A stretch of 64,000 bases of DNA. Source: Felis catus. Lineage: Eukaryota. Every line of letters starts with the position of its first letter. Within the stretch, counting starts at the first letter, position 1. Shown in pieces: positions 1-13,957 of the stretch. The notes beneath the pieces were generated by a model, which made no database searches, was not told the origin of the DNA, and saw nothing but the letters and a program-made list of their open reading frames with translations. The position numbers and the translations under genes were made by a program. The stretch covers positions 53,508,001 through 53,572,000 of the forward strand of contig NC_058368.1 in NCBI RefSeq assembly GCF_018350175.1, read 5' to 3'.

Positions 1-63
1 AGAGTGAATGTAGTTGTATTTCTGGATAATATTAAAGTATACTTTTAAATGTTCTTTTACCTC

Positions 64-281
64 GGGGCGCCTCGGTGGCTCAGTTGGTTAAGTGTCTGAC
101 TTAGGCTCAGGTCATGATCTCACAGTTCGTGGGTTCAAGTCCTGCATCGGGCTCTGTGCTGACAGCTTGGAGCCTGGAGCCTGCTTCAGATTCTGTGTCT
201 CCTCCTCTTTCTGCCCCTCTCCCGCTTGTGCGTACGCGCGCTCTCCCTTTCTCTCTCAAAAATAAACCAGCATTTTTAAAG
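64..281 (+). mobile_element. CanSINE (SINEC_Fc2-like), intronic in upstream gene
   Basis: GGGGCGCC..GGTGGCTCAG tRNA-derived head, (CT)n region, A-rich tail; 16-bp TSD AATGTTCTTTTACCTC at 48-63 and 282-297. Confidence 0.97.
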
Positions 282-596
282 AATGTTCTTTTACCTCTAC
301 CTAGAAGAGGTCAATTTTCTCTTTAGCCACTAAAATGTCTTTGCAAGAAATAACATTGAGTGTATTGTGATTATCTTGTTTGCATTTTCAAGAGTCTATA
401 ATATACATATTTTCTAGATGGTTTTTTATAGAAGCTTAAATGTTGAAATATATTCTGATATATGCTGTTTTATGTCATCTTTACCAAAAGAGCATTATAT
501 ACTTGATGTACTACTGCTATAAAATGGGTTTTTGTACTATCATTTAGATATTTGCATTTTAATATACTTTAAGACTAATTCTTTCTTTGTCCCTAG

Positions 597-655
597 ACTA
601 CATCGACCAGACATTCTTTTCTTATATCAATGTGAAATTTCCAGATCATCTGTAA
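597..655 (+). CDS. Probable terminal coding exon of an unidentified gene whose body lies left of the window; phase unknown (TTSTRHSFLISM* ending 635, xYIDQTFFSYINVKFPDHL* ending 655, or LHRPDILFLYQCEISRSSVNLQL* ending 669)
   Basis: Branch-like CTAAT 575-579, pyrimidine tract TCTTTCTTTGTCCC, AG at 595-596; all three frames stop within 75 nt; followed by a long repeat-free AT-rich UTR-like tract with poly(A) signals. Confidence 0.5.
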
Positions 656-2116
656 ACCTACAACTTTAATAGAATAGAAGACTACTAAAAGCAGAAGACA
701 AATTAGTGAAGAAAAGATAGATCTTCAAGATTGAATGGCAGGGTGGTTTATGCTTAAAGGCCAATTCTGTTCATTCTCTTAAATATTTATATTTCATTCG
801 TTTTGCACATTTGCATATGTGCCCATTTAAAAGATTTGCATATACTTGAAAGAGACCGTAAAGTTGTATCAGTAAAGTCCAGTCATATTTGGTCAATCGG
901 TGTTTGGTATAATTGAAAGAGCTGAGTAAAAAACAGTCTTCCAGCATGTAAATGCCATTGACTTTTGACCTGACATTTAGTATAATAAAATGAAATTATT
1001 AACCATGTCAAATGCTTTATAGTTTCTGGCTTCTAGATTTATCTAGTAACTCTACACATGGAACATCCTTTGTTATATATAGGTTTTTGAAACCCGCAGT
1101 GCTGATTATAGAAAAGCTTTGTCAGATTTGTGAACATGATATTTACATTATTATTTAGCATATTCTTTCTGTAAATAACCATGCATAAATTACTTTCTGC
1201 ATTGTTTTAGAAACTGTCTGGATATCTTTTAATTTAAAATTAAGTGAACTTAATATATAGAGAAAATTTGGGTGTTAAAGATAGTTTGTTTTAGGACAAA
1301 TTTTAAGCAAATGTGGGTATTCCACATGTCCTTTATAAAAAAAAAAATCTTCCTGTTTTTTTTTCTTTTTAAGGGACATGCCAGTTTTAGGGACTCTAAA
1401 TTGAGAAGCTTGGTTTTTAGCATTGCCATCTTAGAGATTCTTGGAGGAAGAGATTGTATTAGATGTTCTATTTATTTCATTTAAGATGTTTTTGAAAGTT
1501 AATTTTCTGAATAAGATACTCTCATTTGCATTTGTCTTTTAAAAAGCCAATAAAAGTATCTTTCAATTATGATTGTAATAATTTTTTCTTTGGAGGTTTA
1601 GTTTGTTAAACGAAGCAAATCAGAACTTGTACTAGTAGCTTCTTGCTTTGATTATAGGATTAACCTATTAAAATCCTATCTTGAATTGAGATATGCAGAC
1701 TAATCTGTCTTCAAGTTATGGAAACGTGTGGAATATGGGGGTGTGGTGTGTGTGTGTGTGTTGCAAGAATATGTGTGTCTGTGACCATTATTACAACTGG
1801 AATCTACATTCATAAGCTACTGCCATTTTGCAAATCATTTTATGTCTCATCTGTTTTCTTTTTAGTTATATTTTTGCTTTTGAATGCCAACATTAAAAAT
1901 GATGGAAATTATATCCTCTTTTCAACTTAAAAATCATTTAATATGGATATATAGAACATACAAAATTGGTTGCTCGTTTATTATTTGACGCTGACTACTA
2001 AAAAATACATCTAAAAGTATTCAGGGACATTTTTCCATTTCTGAAAAAATAAGTTATACTTTATAACTTCTTTTGTATTTCTCTGTATTTTCTGATTTAT
2101 TTCATTGTCTTTGATA

Positions 2117-2122
2117 AATAAA
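2117..2122 (+). terminator. Candidate poly(A) signal
   Basis: AATAAA followed by GTTTTGTTTTG and TTGTTTTT U/GU-rich elements; TGTA motifs upstream. Confidence 0.5.
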
Positions 2123-3904
2123 ACATGCAGTTTTGTTTTGCTAATTGAGCCTATTGTTTTTCCTCATTCATTCTCCCTGCATGGAATTTCTTATTGTTGA
2201 TTGAGGTACCTGTGTTACCCCCTTGAGGTCAAACAGTAGCATGGGGTAAAGAAAACAAAATATTTAATTTAGTTGCCTGATTTGGAAATTAAAGTTAGAA
2301 TGTACTTATAAGAAATATGATCTAATACTAGATCTCTTCTTTATCTCATATTAAGTTCCTGTACACCTGTACTTGTTTTTTTGTGGTAATTTTTAAATGA
2401 AATTAAGCTTTCATACATGGTAATTTTTAGATTACTAGATCACCTATCACATCACTTTATTAAAATGTAGTATTTTAGTTCTTGTGGTATTTATACTTGG
2501 TTTCTGATTATGGATGTGTCACTTTTGGTCCAACATCAAAAACTTCATTTTCTGTTTGGATTTTTTTTTTTTTTTTTCCCTTTCAAATCTGTAAGGTTCA
2601 AGTGTGCATGTTGCCGGATGCTTTCTAAGTGGTACAATTCAATGGTAGCCTTAAATCTCATTAGTCAGGGGAATCAGAATATTAGTTTTAAAAACTTAAC
2701 ATTCTCTTCTGGATCTGTGAAATCCTGCACACTTCCCTTCATTTGCTGTGAGCTGGGGTAGAGCAGCTGCTGTTGTGCTTGGGGGATTCTGAACCACCTT
2801 TGCACTCTGTCCTGAAGTTCACAAATCGGAATCTTTGTTAGGATGTCTAAATAATTTTTGAATGAATATGAATCGGGGCTTGGAAGTTAATGTGAATATT
2901 TATTAAATTATATTGATTATATTTGAGTAAGCTAGTTATGGCCAGGATAATCCATTTTTATGTATTTATGAAATCAACTGAATTTAAGGTAAAAATACAT
3001 TTTTCTGTACGGTGTGTTCAGGATCGAATTAGAAATTTGAAATTAGAAGATCTTATACTCAGTTAAAATAAAAATCTCCGTTTAACAGAGAAAAAAAATA
3101 CTAATGTCTAGCCTTTTGAGACAGTGAGATACCTCCCTTGCCTTTGAGGTTGTTCATAAATCTTAACCTGTTAGGACAGTAATCACTAATTCCCAGCAAA
3201 ACCTTTCGTCACAGGAAAAGTGAAATCCAAAAAGTCCAATTGGAGAAAAAAAAAAATCAGGGTTTCTTAATTTAACATTTCTTTTTCAACTGGTCCTTTC
3301 TGTCCCCCAAAGCACAAACATAACAGTGGTGAATGTGATACTGTATTTAACTGGAGTGACATGTCCTGAGCTTGCTCAGAAACAGTTGTGATTATTTGTT
3401 TTCTCAGCTTAAATAGTGCCTCTTCTCTGAAAAGTGTCCTAAAAAGGAGAATAAGTTATATGAACACAGTGTCTATATAGCTGTACCTTTCACTGAGAAG
3501 TGACTGCCTAAGCCCACTGCCCTTTGGGAGAAGGAGCTGGCGTATTAGGTCAGGAGTTAATTGTTGTCACAGCCTTTCCTAGCCAGTGCATTTGTCTGGC
3601 CTGTAGAATACGCACAGTATCTTTTTTTTTTTTCTTTCTTTTTTCTTTTTAAATAGAAATTGTATTGGAATGACTCCAGCTTATAGTAAAGAGTAAACAA
3701 TGAGCTTTTATATTTTAAGACTGCTGTTAAATGTTATGTTAATTGTTTATTAGTTATATAATTCCTCCGACATATGAAATGTTCGTGTATTCTTTTAAAA
3801 AATCTCATTCAGGATAAAGTTCAACTGTTAGATGATGATGTGCCAATTATTGTAAGAATATCCTTGCCCATATATAAAACATGCTGACATGTGTTTTACT
3901 TGTT

Positions 3905-3910
3905 AATAAA
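3905..3910 (+). terminator. Candidate distal poly(A) signal
   Basis: AATAAA at the end of the AT-rich TE-free block, with TGTG-rich downstream sequence. Confidence 0.45.
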
Positions 3911-4984
3911 GTTCTATAGATGTGGAAATGTGAACCTGTGCATCCTTTTGAAAATCAGTTTAAGACTGACAACATATTATTGCCACCTTGGCCTCACAAA
4001 ATGGTTATATGGTAGACGTCATTTAAGATGAAAACACCTGGCATGGAATTAGGTTAGAGTGGGGAACAACATTTAACTTGTCACAGTAATTTGTTGGGAG
4101 GTGATTGTAGTTTAACTTTAATAAATGCAAAAAACCAGCTTTATGGAAATAATTTATGTTCATTGCTACTTTGCAAAATATCAGTGGTAACCATGGGCCA
4201 GACCTGCCTGTGTTATGGGCTTGTATTTTCATTTGGGACATAAGACCTAAAGTGCAAAAAACTTCAAGTTACTTAGAAAAAAAGAAACCAAAAACCTCAT
4301 TCCATACTTCATAAAAGTTTTTAAAAATGTTTATTTTGAACTCCACATGTTTGCGTTAACTTTTCTTTCTTGAAGTTTTCAGCTTAGCTTTCATTCTTTG
4401 ATTTTGGTTTTGAGAGATTGAGCTACCAGCTTTTAAAAACCCACTTGATTTTCATGAAAACCGTAAAAAAAATTCAGTAGTTAGAGTATTACTGTTTTAG
4501 CAGTTGAGGTTATGGCAAGCGAACGTCATACACTCCTGGTTTACAGAAACTTACAGGTGGCTTTCCTATCTCTCACACTTGCAAAATGAGTCACCTCATT
4601 ACTTTCCCACTCCTTGTGTGTTTGTTTTACTTAAAATCAACATTTTACCTTCAGTGACACAAGAAGGGGTATAGGCTATCCTTACAGCATACTTTCCTCT
4701 TTCAGCTTTGTCAGAAGCATAGCAAAGTCAAGAAACATAAGTTTACTCAAAGCTCCAAAGAAATTTGGAAGAGCCTCTGCCCTCAGCATATGAAAAGTAG
4801 CGGATAACCTTGTTGGAAAGTATGAACTACTCAGAGATTCAAGAACAGTTCTTGTACATAAATCCCCTGTGTGGAAATACATTTATCATTCCTTTCCCAT
4901 CAAACTTACTTTATCAGCCATCTGAATTCCTGCTTGGTGATTTGGTTTGGCTATGAAATCTATGTATGGGATTTGGGCTCTACA

Positions 4985-5198
4985 TTTTTTTTTTTTTTTT
5001 TTAATTTATTTTTGGGACAGAGAGAGACAGAGCATGAACGGGGGAGGGGCAGAGAGAGAGGGAGACACAGAATCGGAAACAGGCTCCAGGCTCCGAGCCA
5101 TCAGCCTAGAGCCCGACGCGGGGCTCGAACTCACGGACCGCGAGATTGTGACCTGGCTGAAGTCGGACGCTTAACCGACTGCGCCACCCAGGCGCCCC
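4985..5198 (-). mobile_element. Young SINEC_Fc (felid-specific CanSINE)
   Basis: CpG-rich head GGTGGCGCAG..CAGCCAGGTCAC, pure poly(T) tail on + strand, TSD GGGCTCTACA at 4975-4984 and 5201-5210. Confidence 0.97.
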
Positions 5199-6049
5199 AA
5201 GGGCTCTACAATTTTAATTTTCATCGTATTCAGAGATAAGACCTAAAGACTCTTTAATTGCTACCAAGCATTGGTGATGGCATAAATGGGAAATATCACT
5301 TCCTAAATCCAGTTTTTAAAATGGCCAGCAGATTATGGAAAAGAACATCAGTACATTGAGAGGTAAGAACTTTTAAAAGATAAACGAGTCTTAACATTTC
5401 CCTAATCGAGTGGGATCTCCAGGGGTGAATTCTTGATTGAATGATTCTTAGGACCTCTCTTTAGAGCTGTGTATGGTGCATTATAATCACCTGGAAGTTT
5501 GGGTAAATTAACATTCCAGCTTCAACTTCCAGAGGGTCCAGTGCAATATACCTGTCCAGTGGACAGCACATTTCCTTCCCATAGTTTGAAGTTCCGGGAT
5601 TTGGGTCTGATAGTACTGCTGATTCCTTTTTCACCATTGTGTGCTCTCTCTAGCCAGCTCCTAGTACACGGGTGATTAGTTAACAATGTTAGGATCAATG
5701 GAAGACTTCTTGCGGGGAAAGGGAAAAGGCACATAAAACAGATCTTAAAGAGTTAACGAGCATTTCTTGAGTTCTTGCTTTATGACCTCTCTGAATGAGA
5801 GCCCTTCTGGTTTCCGTGCCTTTATACACACAGCGAGGCTCTGCAGGGCTGTATCAACAGGGCAGTGTGGGAGCGTTGTGGCAGAATAGAACTGTTTGTG
5901 CTGAGAAGGCAGTTGTCTTCTCCATAATCCTGTCAAGTGAGCAGAATTGGATTAATTTTCAGACAGTTGATTTTGCCTCAAAAAACGTAACTACTTTTCC
6001 ACTAGCACCTTCCCTTCTCTATCCTCGAGGAGCCTATGGATTATTAAGA

Positions 6050-6250
6050 GAAGCAGCTTTATGTAACAAAGACTGGGTTTGGGAGCCAGGTTAACAAAAC
6101 CTGAGCTCAAATATCAACTTCGTGTAAGCTGAGGCAATTTGCTTAACCAAAGCCTCAGTTTCCTCACCCGTTTGTTAAGGGGCACAACATGTACCTGAAG
6201 ATTAGGGGAGGTTTAAGCAAAAGAACAAGGTGGGCAATATTACGTCTTTG
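6050..6250 (+). mobile_element. MIR fragment
   Basis: MIR core-like GGCAATTTGCTTAACC..GCCTCAGTTTCCTCA. Confidence 0.7.
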
Positions 6251-8989
6251 CTCAGTGTTTCCTGACCAAGACTGCCTGTTAGTGTCAGCAGATGCCTCAA
6301 GGATTTGAAACAAGCCCGACCCTTGCCTGATGTGGGCATTGCACCTGCCAAAAAGGGTGATTATAATATCCTGTTGATCTAATGTTTGTTCCTTGTATCT
6401 TCTTTGCAGCAAGTGGAATCAAAGCAAAATTTCTTAGGTGACAATTGACTTTAAAGGACACAATCATGCCAAGGGGAAGGAAGTTGCCTGTTTGATGAGC
6501 AATAAAGCACTCTAGCTGGTGGGGAGAGAAGAAGCTCACACAGATCTCTCCAGGCCAAAGCGTAGAGGCCCCCAAACCAGTCCCTCCAAGCTTTGCTGTT
6601 GAATTGGAATGAGGTTACTTTTTTTTTTTGTAGTGATGTTATTTTTATAAGTATCCCCTGCTTTTTGAAAGTCTGCAGTATGCCACTTCACTTCTGTGAA
6701 AACCTATGTTCTCGTTTTTGCTAACTGAAAGAAATCCGAAGATTTTAGCTTTAATGAAGAAAGGTGAAAAGCAAAAATAGCATTCAGCATTTGTTTTGCA
6801 GCAAGCTGTTAAAGGAGCAGCGCGCACCCCAGGTGGCCAGAGTGGCCCCATCAAGCTGCTTCCCATGACCGGCTCCTAGTATCTCAGCATCAGGCTGCCA
6901 GAGCTCTGAACTGTGTGTGTGAGCATCTGTGACTTATCATGGTTGGTTTTGTGCATTTGTTAGCAGCATGTCTCCTAAGGTACCAGAAAAGCCTGAGAGA
7001 GATGATTTTTTGGATCCAGGAATACTCAAAAATTAATGGTAATAAATTTAATGGTAATTGCTTTCATATAAATCTGTGGTAATTGCTGCTTTATACATTT
7101 TGGCTTACAAAAGATTTCAAAGGAATGCTCTACTTTTGGATAGCGGGGGAAACCTGTAATTGGTGACATATTGCTTTAACTCAGGGGACCCGTGTGCTAA
7201 AATCCTGGTTGAGAAGCGATCGGAAGATAGTTTGTGGGCAGGTTGTTTCTGATTCTAGGAATTCTGGGACTCACCAGCTTTCTCTTATAATTATGGTTTC
7301 TTAATCTTCAATTTATTTTCAAAAATGTCTATTACGTTGGAAGGGAAATACTTAGATGGGAGTTAAGTCCCCTCCCTAGACTCTACCCTGATCATAATTG
7401 GGGTCAACTAAATATTTTTGAATGCTGAAGGGCTGGTGCTGTTGCCTTCACCTGAAATCCATATACCCTACTCATTTTTCCACCTTCTTTAAAAAGAGCT
7501 TTTGGGAAGGCCATTCTCTCACCACCTCACTCTGATTCTGGTCCTCTTGGTTTTCATAGCCATGTGTATTATTTCTATCAAGGCACTTAGGACACCGCAT
7601 TATCATTACTGACTTTCGTGTTTTTATCCTCAGTTGCAGATACTAAATCTTATTCAACTTTGCCTGCCTCCCCGACACCCAGCACAGCTCAGAAAATGGC
7701 TGGATGGGATGGCTGCTAGTGCCAAGCTGTGTGTGCATCAGGATACGGGAAATACTTTCTGCCCTTTAACTCAGGGTCCAGTGGAGGAAGATTTATAAAC
7801 AGAAAAATGTGCTAATATGAGGTAGGGACAGAAATCATGGATCTGAACAACTGACCTCTGGGAGAACCAGGGCTCCCCTCACTACGGAGGTGACACTGGA
7901 ACTAGATCTAGAGAAAACAGATGTGCAAGTATGTTTACGTGTATTACAAACATTTCATAGTTTGCCATGTCTTCCACGATGCTCTGCCTTCCTTGGTCCT
8001 CCTCAGAAGGAAATAAGCATTCTTCCAATCCTCAGGACACTTCATCTGAGCCCCGTTATTATCAATCTGCTTTCTGCTGTGTGGCAGTCATTTGCATTCA
8101 TGCCTCATCTCCTTCTGGAGGCTGGGCTCATGCCTGCTGTAGCTTCCTAGCCTCCGATGTGCCCGGCACAGAGGAAGCGCTTGCAAAACCAAGCCTGAGG
8201 TTCTCCACATGACCCTGTGAACCACTCGCTTTGCCACTGCAGCTACTACTGGCCTCAGAAGTTAATGATGGTACAGGCACCCTCTTCTCTAATTACACTG
8301 GTACAAGACGTATTAGAATAAACTGTGATCTCTCCTTTTCACATACCTTCCAATGTTCTCTCCCTTTCCAGAAGCAATCGCTGTTAACTATTACAGAATC
8401 CTACAGACTTTTTCCACATACTTTTTTTTTTTTTTTTTTTTTTTTTAACTAGGATGGCCCTGTCTTTCTATGATGTCAGCAGAACTGGTTTCATATGAAG
8501 GTGAGCTGATCCGAGGTACAATGTCTGAGACAATGTGCCTTTTTCTCTGTATCCCAGGAGACCACTCTCAGGGGGAGATTACTGTTTATTCCTGCAAGTG
8601 TACTTTGTTTCTCCTGAGAAACCAAGGTTTATTTTCTTGGTTCTTTAGTCTCTAGATGAGGCATGACATGTGACTTCAGGGCCTTTGGGAGCTGGGCTAT
8701 TCCAGGATCTGATATCTGCAGCATTTAGATGTCCTGCTTTGTGATCTTTTGATAGGTCTATTTTTGGTGAGAAGTTCTCTGGAACTAGGTTATTATAAGG
8801 AGGAAAGGGGTCGGAGTCGACAAAATACCCAGGCTGGGTAGGTTTAGGGAAGACCGAAATGATTCTGGGTTTCAAACTAATTCCCCTTGTTTCAGGACCA
8901 AAATTGTGTTCCAGGATGTGGCAGTCACTATTCTCTGGCTAAACCAACAGACGTTGGCAACCCCTCATTCTCTTTTTCCCAATTTTTCC

Positions 8990-9233
8990 TTTCTTGAGCT
9001 CAAGTGTGACATCTTGAGCTGAAGCAACTATTGTGCCATTGAAGCAACAGTTGATAGACTTAAGTATGACAGCAGTAAGAAAGGAGGAGCCTTGATTTTG
9101 CTGACATCACGGGGCACTGCATGAGCCCTGGACCTGCCTACCTTCCAACTTTCTGCTCAAAGAAAAATAATTGCTTAGGTATTGTCACTCAGGTTTTTGT
9201 TACAGATATTTAAGAACAATTCAGACTGATATA
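8990..9233 (+). mobile_element. Old MaLR LTR fragment (MLT1J/K-like)
   Basis: Resembles MLT1 3' part (GCCCTGGACCTGCCTACC..TTTTGTTAC..ACTGATATA). Confidence 0.45.
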
Positions 9234-11462
9234 GGTGTAACCATCCATTTCCCCAAAGCCACCCATTTTCCCAGAAGAGCAGCTCAAGGTCATCAGAAGC
9301 CACCAACATGAGCCTGCCCACGGGATCACTGACCATCCAGTCTCCTTGCACTTGGTTTATTGATTGTCAGTCAACTCAATACAGTGGCAGTGTAAGCAGC
9401 GGGTTTACATCTGCTTTGCTCACCCTTTCATTCTCTTTTTTTTCCTCTAACTGGGAGTCCCATGGAGCGACTAACTTCCCAACAACTGCTAACAGATAGG
9501 CTTAGTGAAAATATCAGTAGCCATAATTCAGCCCCTATCGCAGAGACCATTCATTGCTATCCACACTTCCTGTCAACAAAACTTTGCTAGGGGAAGCAGG
9601 TGCCATTTTTAAATTATTGCTTGGTAAAACAACCAATGAGAATGGCTCAGGTGAATTAGGCAATCTCTTTTTACAGTGATCTAGCTCCCAAATTATGATT
9701 TTGGTTTGTATTTTCAGAAATGAAATTAAGTCTGATCCTTTGGAGCCAAGTAGCTTTCTAGATAGAGACCCTGCTGCCCCAATAGGCCCCCCAAAACACC
9801 ATCTCCACTCTCACCTGCCTTGAGTTCTGCCCTCTGACCAGTACAGGAGATATGACTCTGAGACTCATTGGCTGTCCCCACCAGGGAAGTCTGTGCAGAC
9901 ACTTCCCTAATAGTGTATTTGCAATGATCATGTACAGTTTGGAGCTTTGCTTTGCCTTCCCCCTCCATGTTAGCTGGAAATCCATATTTTCTCACTCCAA
10001 ACTATTCCCCAGAAAAAAACCTATTTTCTCAAAGAGTTAAAGAAAGAATATGTAATGAAGCCCTATAGAAATACATACCTCTTGCTTGTTAACGTTCCAG
10101 ATTCTGAAATTGATTTCCCTCTCAACTCTGTGTAGCACAGTGCAGAGGAGATGTAGAGAAAGAAGTCTGGCACTGTTTATACCTGCTTGTTAACAGCGGT
10201 TGTCCTTCCCCTCTTTTGTTTCTACTTCCCTTACTTCCTGCCTTTTCTCCCTTTTCTGCCTTTTCCTTCAATTACCATTTTTTTGCTAACATAAACCTAG
10301 TTTGCCATTGTCTGAAGTCAAGAGTAAAGGCCAAATATTAAAAATGCTGAATGAGAAATTACTTGTAATGTGAGCCCCATCCTGTGTATTAACTTCAGCC
10401 ATTTGTCTACATTTGGCAAATCTCTGGGACCTCAAATTCTAGGGAAATGTTTCTAATAATGCTAATATTTTACAATTTGTGAACTAGAGGTGTTTGTTTG
10501 TTTGTTTTTAAGATTTAATGTACTGTTGGAAGATGGGGGGATGTTCCTCCGCCACTTTTGATGTTTCTTCCTTGTGGATGAAATGTAATTAGTATAACTT
10601 CTGACCTCCCTTTTTATTAGGTCTTCCCCTGGGGAGTAATTTATTTGATGGATAAATTGGAAATGTAAACACCTAGGCATGTTCTGCTCAGCTTCTCTTC
10701 TTCCTCTGGGGAGCTAGCAGCTCACAGGGGTTGCAGTTGTGCTCTGTTCTTCAGGGCAAGCTCTGTTCTGCTCCTGCTCAGGGAAGTCTCACATGACCTG
10801 GGTAGGGTACATCTGCCTAATTCTGGAATTCATTTAACTAAACTATACCCTCCAATCTAGTTTTATCAGCAATAAAGTTAGTATTTTAATTCTCCATGTT
10901 CCACTCTTTTGTTGTATTGCTTACATATATATAACCCACGTGGGAAAGAGAAGTGCTTTACTGGGACTGTCAGAAACTCACAATACACATCCCATTAGAC
11001 TGCTGTTGACTAGATGTCTCATTAGCCATCTTCAATATACATGAGTCAGATGCAAGACTATCTGAATTCTTAAATTTGAAATCTTTCAGAGGAGGATTTT
11101 TGGACAGATCCAACAGACAAAATCAGTAAGGATATGCTGAACTCATCACCATCAATGAACTGGATATAATTGATATCTACAGACTACTTCATCTAACAAG
11201 ACACATTATTCATTCACCAAAGTAGACTACGTTCTTGGCCACAAGGTAGAGCTTAATAAATTTAAAAGAATAGAAATGACACTATGTCTGCTCTCAAATC
11301 ACAATGGAATTAAGTATCAATAACAGAAAGATAACTGGAAAATCCCCAAATTTGTGAAGATTTTAAACAACACACTTCTAAATAACACATGGGTCAAATA
11401 AGAAATCTCAAGAGAAATTTAAAAATATTTAGAACTAAATGAAAATGAAAACATAACTTATT

Positions 11463-11679
11463 GGGGTGCCTGGGTGGCTCAGTTTGTTAAGTGACTGACT
11501 TTATTTCAGCTTGGGTCACGAACTCATGGTTCATGAGTTTGAGTCATGCATTGGGCTCCACAGCTGGCAGTGTGGAGCTTGCTTGGGATTCTCCCTCTTT
11601 CCCTCTCTGCCCCTCCCCAGCTCGTGCTGTCTCTGTCTCTCTCAAGATAAATAAACTTAAAAAAAAAAAAAAAAAAAAA
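11463..11679 (+). mobile_element. CanSINE nested in L1
   Basis: SINE head, CT-rich body, A-rich tail interrupting L1 ORF2. Confidence 0.95.
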
Positions 11680-13957
11680 GACAACTTAGCAAAATTGGTG
11701 GTGAAAGCAGTGCATAGAGGGAACTTTATAACAGTGCATACATTAGAAAAGAAGAAAGCTAAAATCAATAATTCAAGTTTCTACCTTATGAAACTAGAAA
11801 AAGAGTGAATTAAATCCAAAGTAAGCAGAAGAAAGAATTAGAGCAGAAATCAGTGATATTGAAAACAGAATTTCAATAGACAGAGTCAAGGAAACCAAAA
11901 GCTAGGTCTTTGAAAAGATAAAGAAAATTAATAAACCTATATAAAGCCAGGCTAAAAAAAAAGAGGACACAAATTAGAAATGAAATATCAGAAATGAAAA
12001 AGGGACATCATCATTACAAACCCCAAAGGATAATAAAGGAATATGAGTAATAGCTCTATACCCCCAAATTTAATAACCTAGATGAAATGGACCAACTCCT
12101 TGGAAAACACAATTTGCCAAAATTCACCAAGAAGAAACAGATGATCTGAATAGGCCTATCTCTATTAAATAAATCAAATCAGTAATTAATAACCTTCTAA
12201 AATACAAAGCACCAAGCCAGGTGGGTTCACTGGTGAGTTCTACCAAACATTTAAGAAATTATACCAATTTTCTACAATTTCTTTCAGAAGACAGAAGCAG
12301 AAGGAATGCTTCCTAACTCATTCTATGGGGCTGGCAATACCCTAATACCAAAACCAAAGCCATTACAAGAAAAGTAAACTAGACCAGTTGTTCCCATGAC
12401 CATAGACACAAAAATCCTCATTACAAATCCGGATTAATAAATCAAATCTGACAGTGCATAAAAAGTAAGATTTATCACCAGATAGGCAAGGTTGGTTCAA
12501 CATTTAAAAATCAATGTAATTCATTACATCAACAAACTAAAAATGAAAAATCACATAAATATATCAATAGATGCAGAAAAAACATCAGACAAAATTCATC
12601 ATCTATTCATGATAAAAGCATTCAGTAAACTAGGAATAGAGGGGAACTTCCTCAACTTGATCAAGACTGTCTCCAAAACCCTAGCGCTAACATCATCCTT
12701 AATGGTGAGAAACTCCAAATTTTCCCACTAAGATCAGGTACAAAACAAGAATTTCCCATTTCACCACCACTTTTCAAAATTGTACAGAAAGTCCATGCTA
12801 ATGTAATAATGCAAGGAAAGGAAATTAAAGCTATACAGATTGGGAAAGAAGAAATAAAACTGTCGTTCTTCACATTTGAGATGAATAGACAAATTCCTGG
12901 AACCAACAGGCAATTATAGCAAGGTTAAAGGATACAAGGTTAATATTAAAAAAAAAAAAATCAGTTGCTTTCCTTTATATCAGCAATGAACAGGTGGAAT
13001 TTGAAATTAAAAACATAGTACCACTTACATTAGCACCCCCCCAAAATGAAATACTTAGGTATAAATCTAACAAAATATGTATAAGATCTATATGAAGAAA
13101 ATTATAGAAGTGATAAATAAAATTAAAGAAGTAAATGGAGAGATAGTCTATATTCATGGATAGAAAGACTCAGTATTGTCAAGATGTCAATTCTTCCCAG
13201 TTTGACCTATAGATTTAATGCAATCCCAATCAAAATCCCAGCAAGTTATTTGGTGGATATCAAGCACCTGATTCTAAAGTTTATATGGAGAGGCAAAAGA
13301 GCCAGAATAGCCAACACATTATTGAAGAACAAAGTTGAAGAACTGACCTGACCTGACTTCATCACTTACTACAAAGCTACAGAAATCAAGAAAGTATTGT
13401 CTTTTCTTGGTGAGAGAAGGGACAAATAGATCAATGGAACAAAATAGCCCAGAAATAGACCTAAATAAATACTGTCAACTGATCTCTTACAAAGGAGCAC
13501 TGGCCATACCATGAAGCAAAAGTAGTCTTTTGGACACATGGTGCTGGAACAACTGGCCATCCACATGCAAAAGATGAATCTAGACACAGACCTTACACCT
13601 TTCACAAAAATGAACTCAAAATAGATGACAGACCTACGTGGAAAATGCAAATCTATAAAAATCTTGGAAAATAATACAGGAGAAAACCTAGATGGCCTTG
13701 GGTATGGTGATGACTCTTCAGATGCAACACTAAAGGCACAATCCATGAATGAAATAATTGATAAGCTGGACTTCACGAAAACCAAAAACTCAATCTCTGT
13801 GAAAGACAGTGTGAAGAGAATGAGAAGACAAGTCACAGAGTGGAATACAATATTTGCAAGAGACATCTGATAAAGGACTATGATCCAAAATATACAAACA
13901 ACTCTTAAAATCCAACAATAAGAAAACAAACAACCTGATTAAAAAATGTGCCAAAGA

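Larger units (their letters stand above)
656..3930 (+). other. Probable long 3' UTR with alternative polyadenylation
   Basis: AT/U-rich, no recognisable TE over ~3.3 kb; AATAAA at 984, 1549, 2117 (followed by GT/T-rich tract) and 3905; Pumilio-type TGTAAATA at 1170-1177. Confidence 0.55.

Noticed and set aside
64..140. tRNA-like A/B boxes
   Set aside because: SINE heads derived from tRNA, not tRNA genes; the same applies to all SINE copies
6817..6840. CTCF-like TGGCCACCTGGGGTGCG on the minus strand
   Set aside because: About four mismatches in the core; too weak
13369..13929. 186-aa minus-strand ORF (longest in the track)
   Set aside because: Antisense reading of decayed L1 ORF2; no gene-like features
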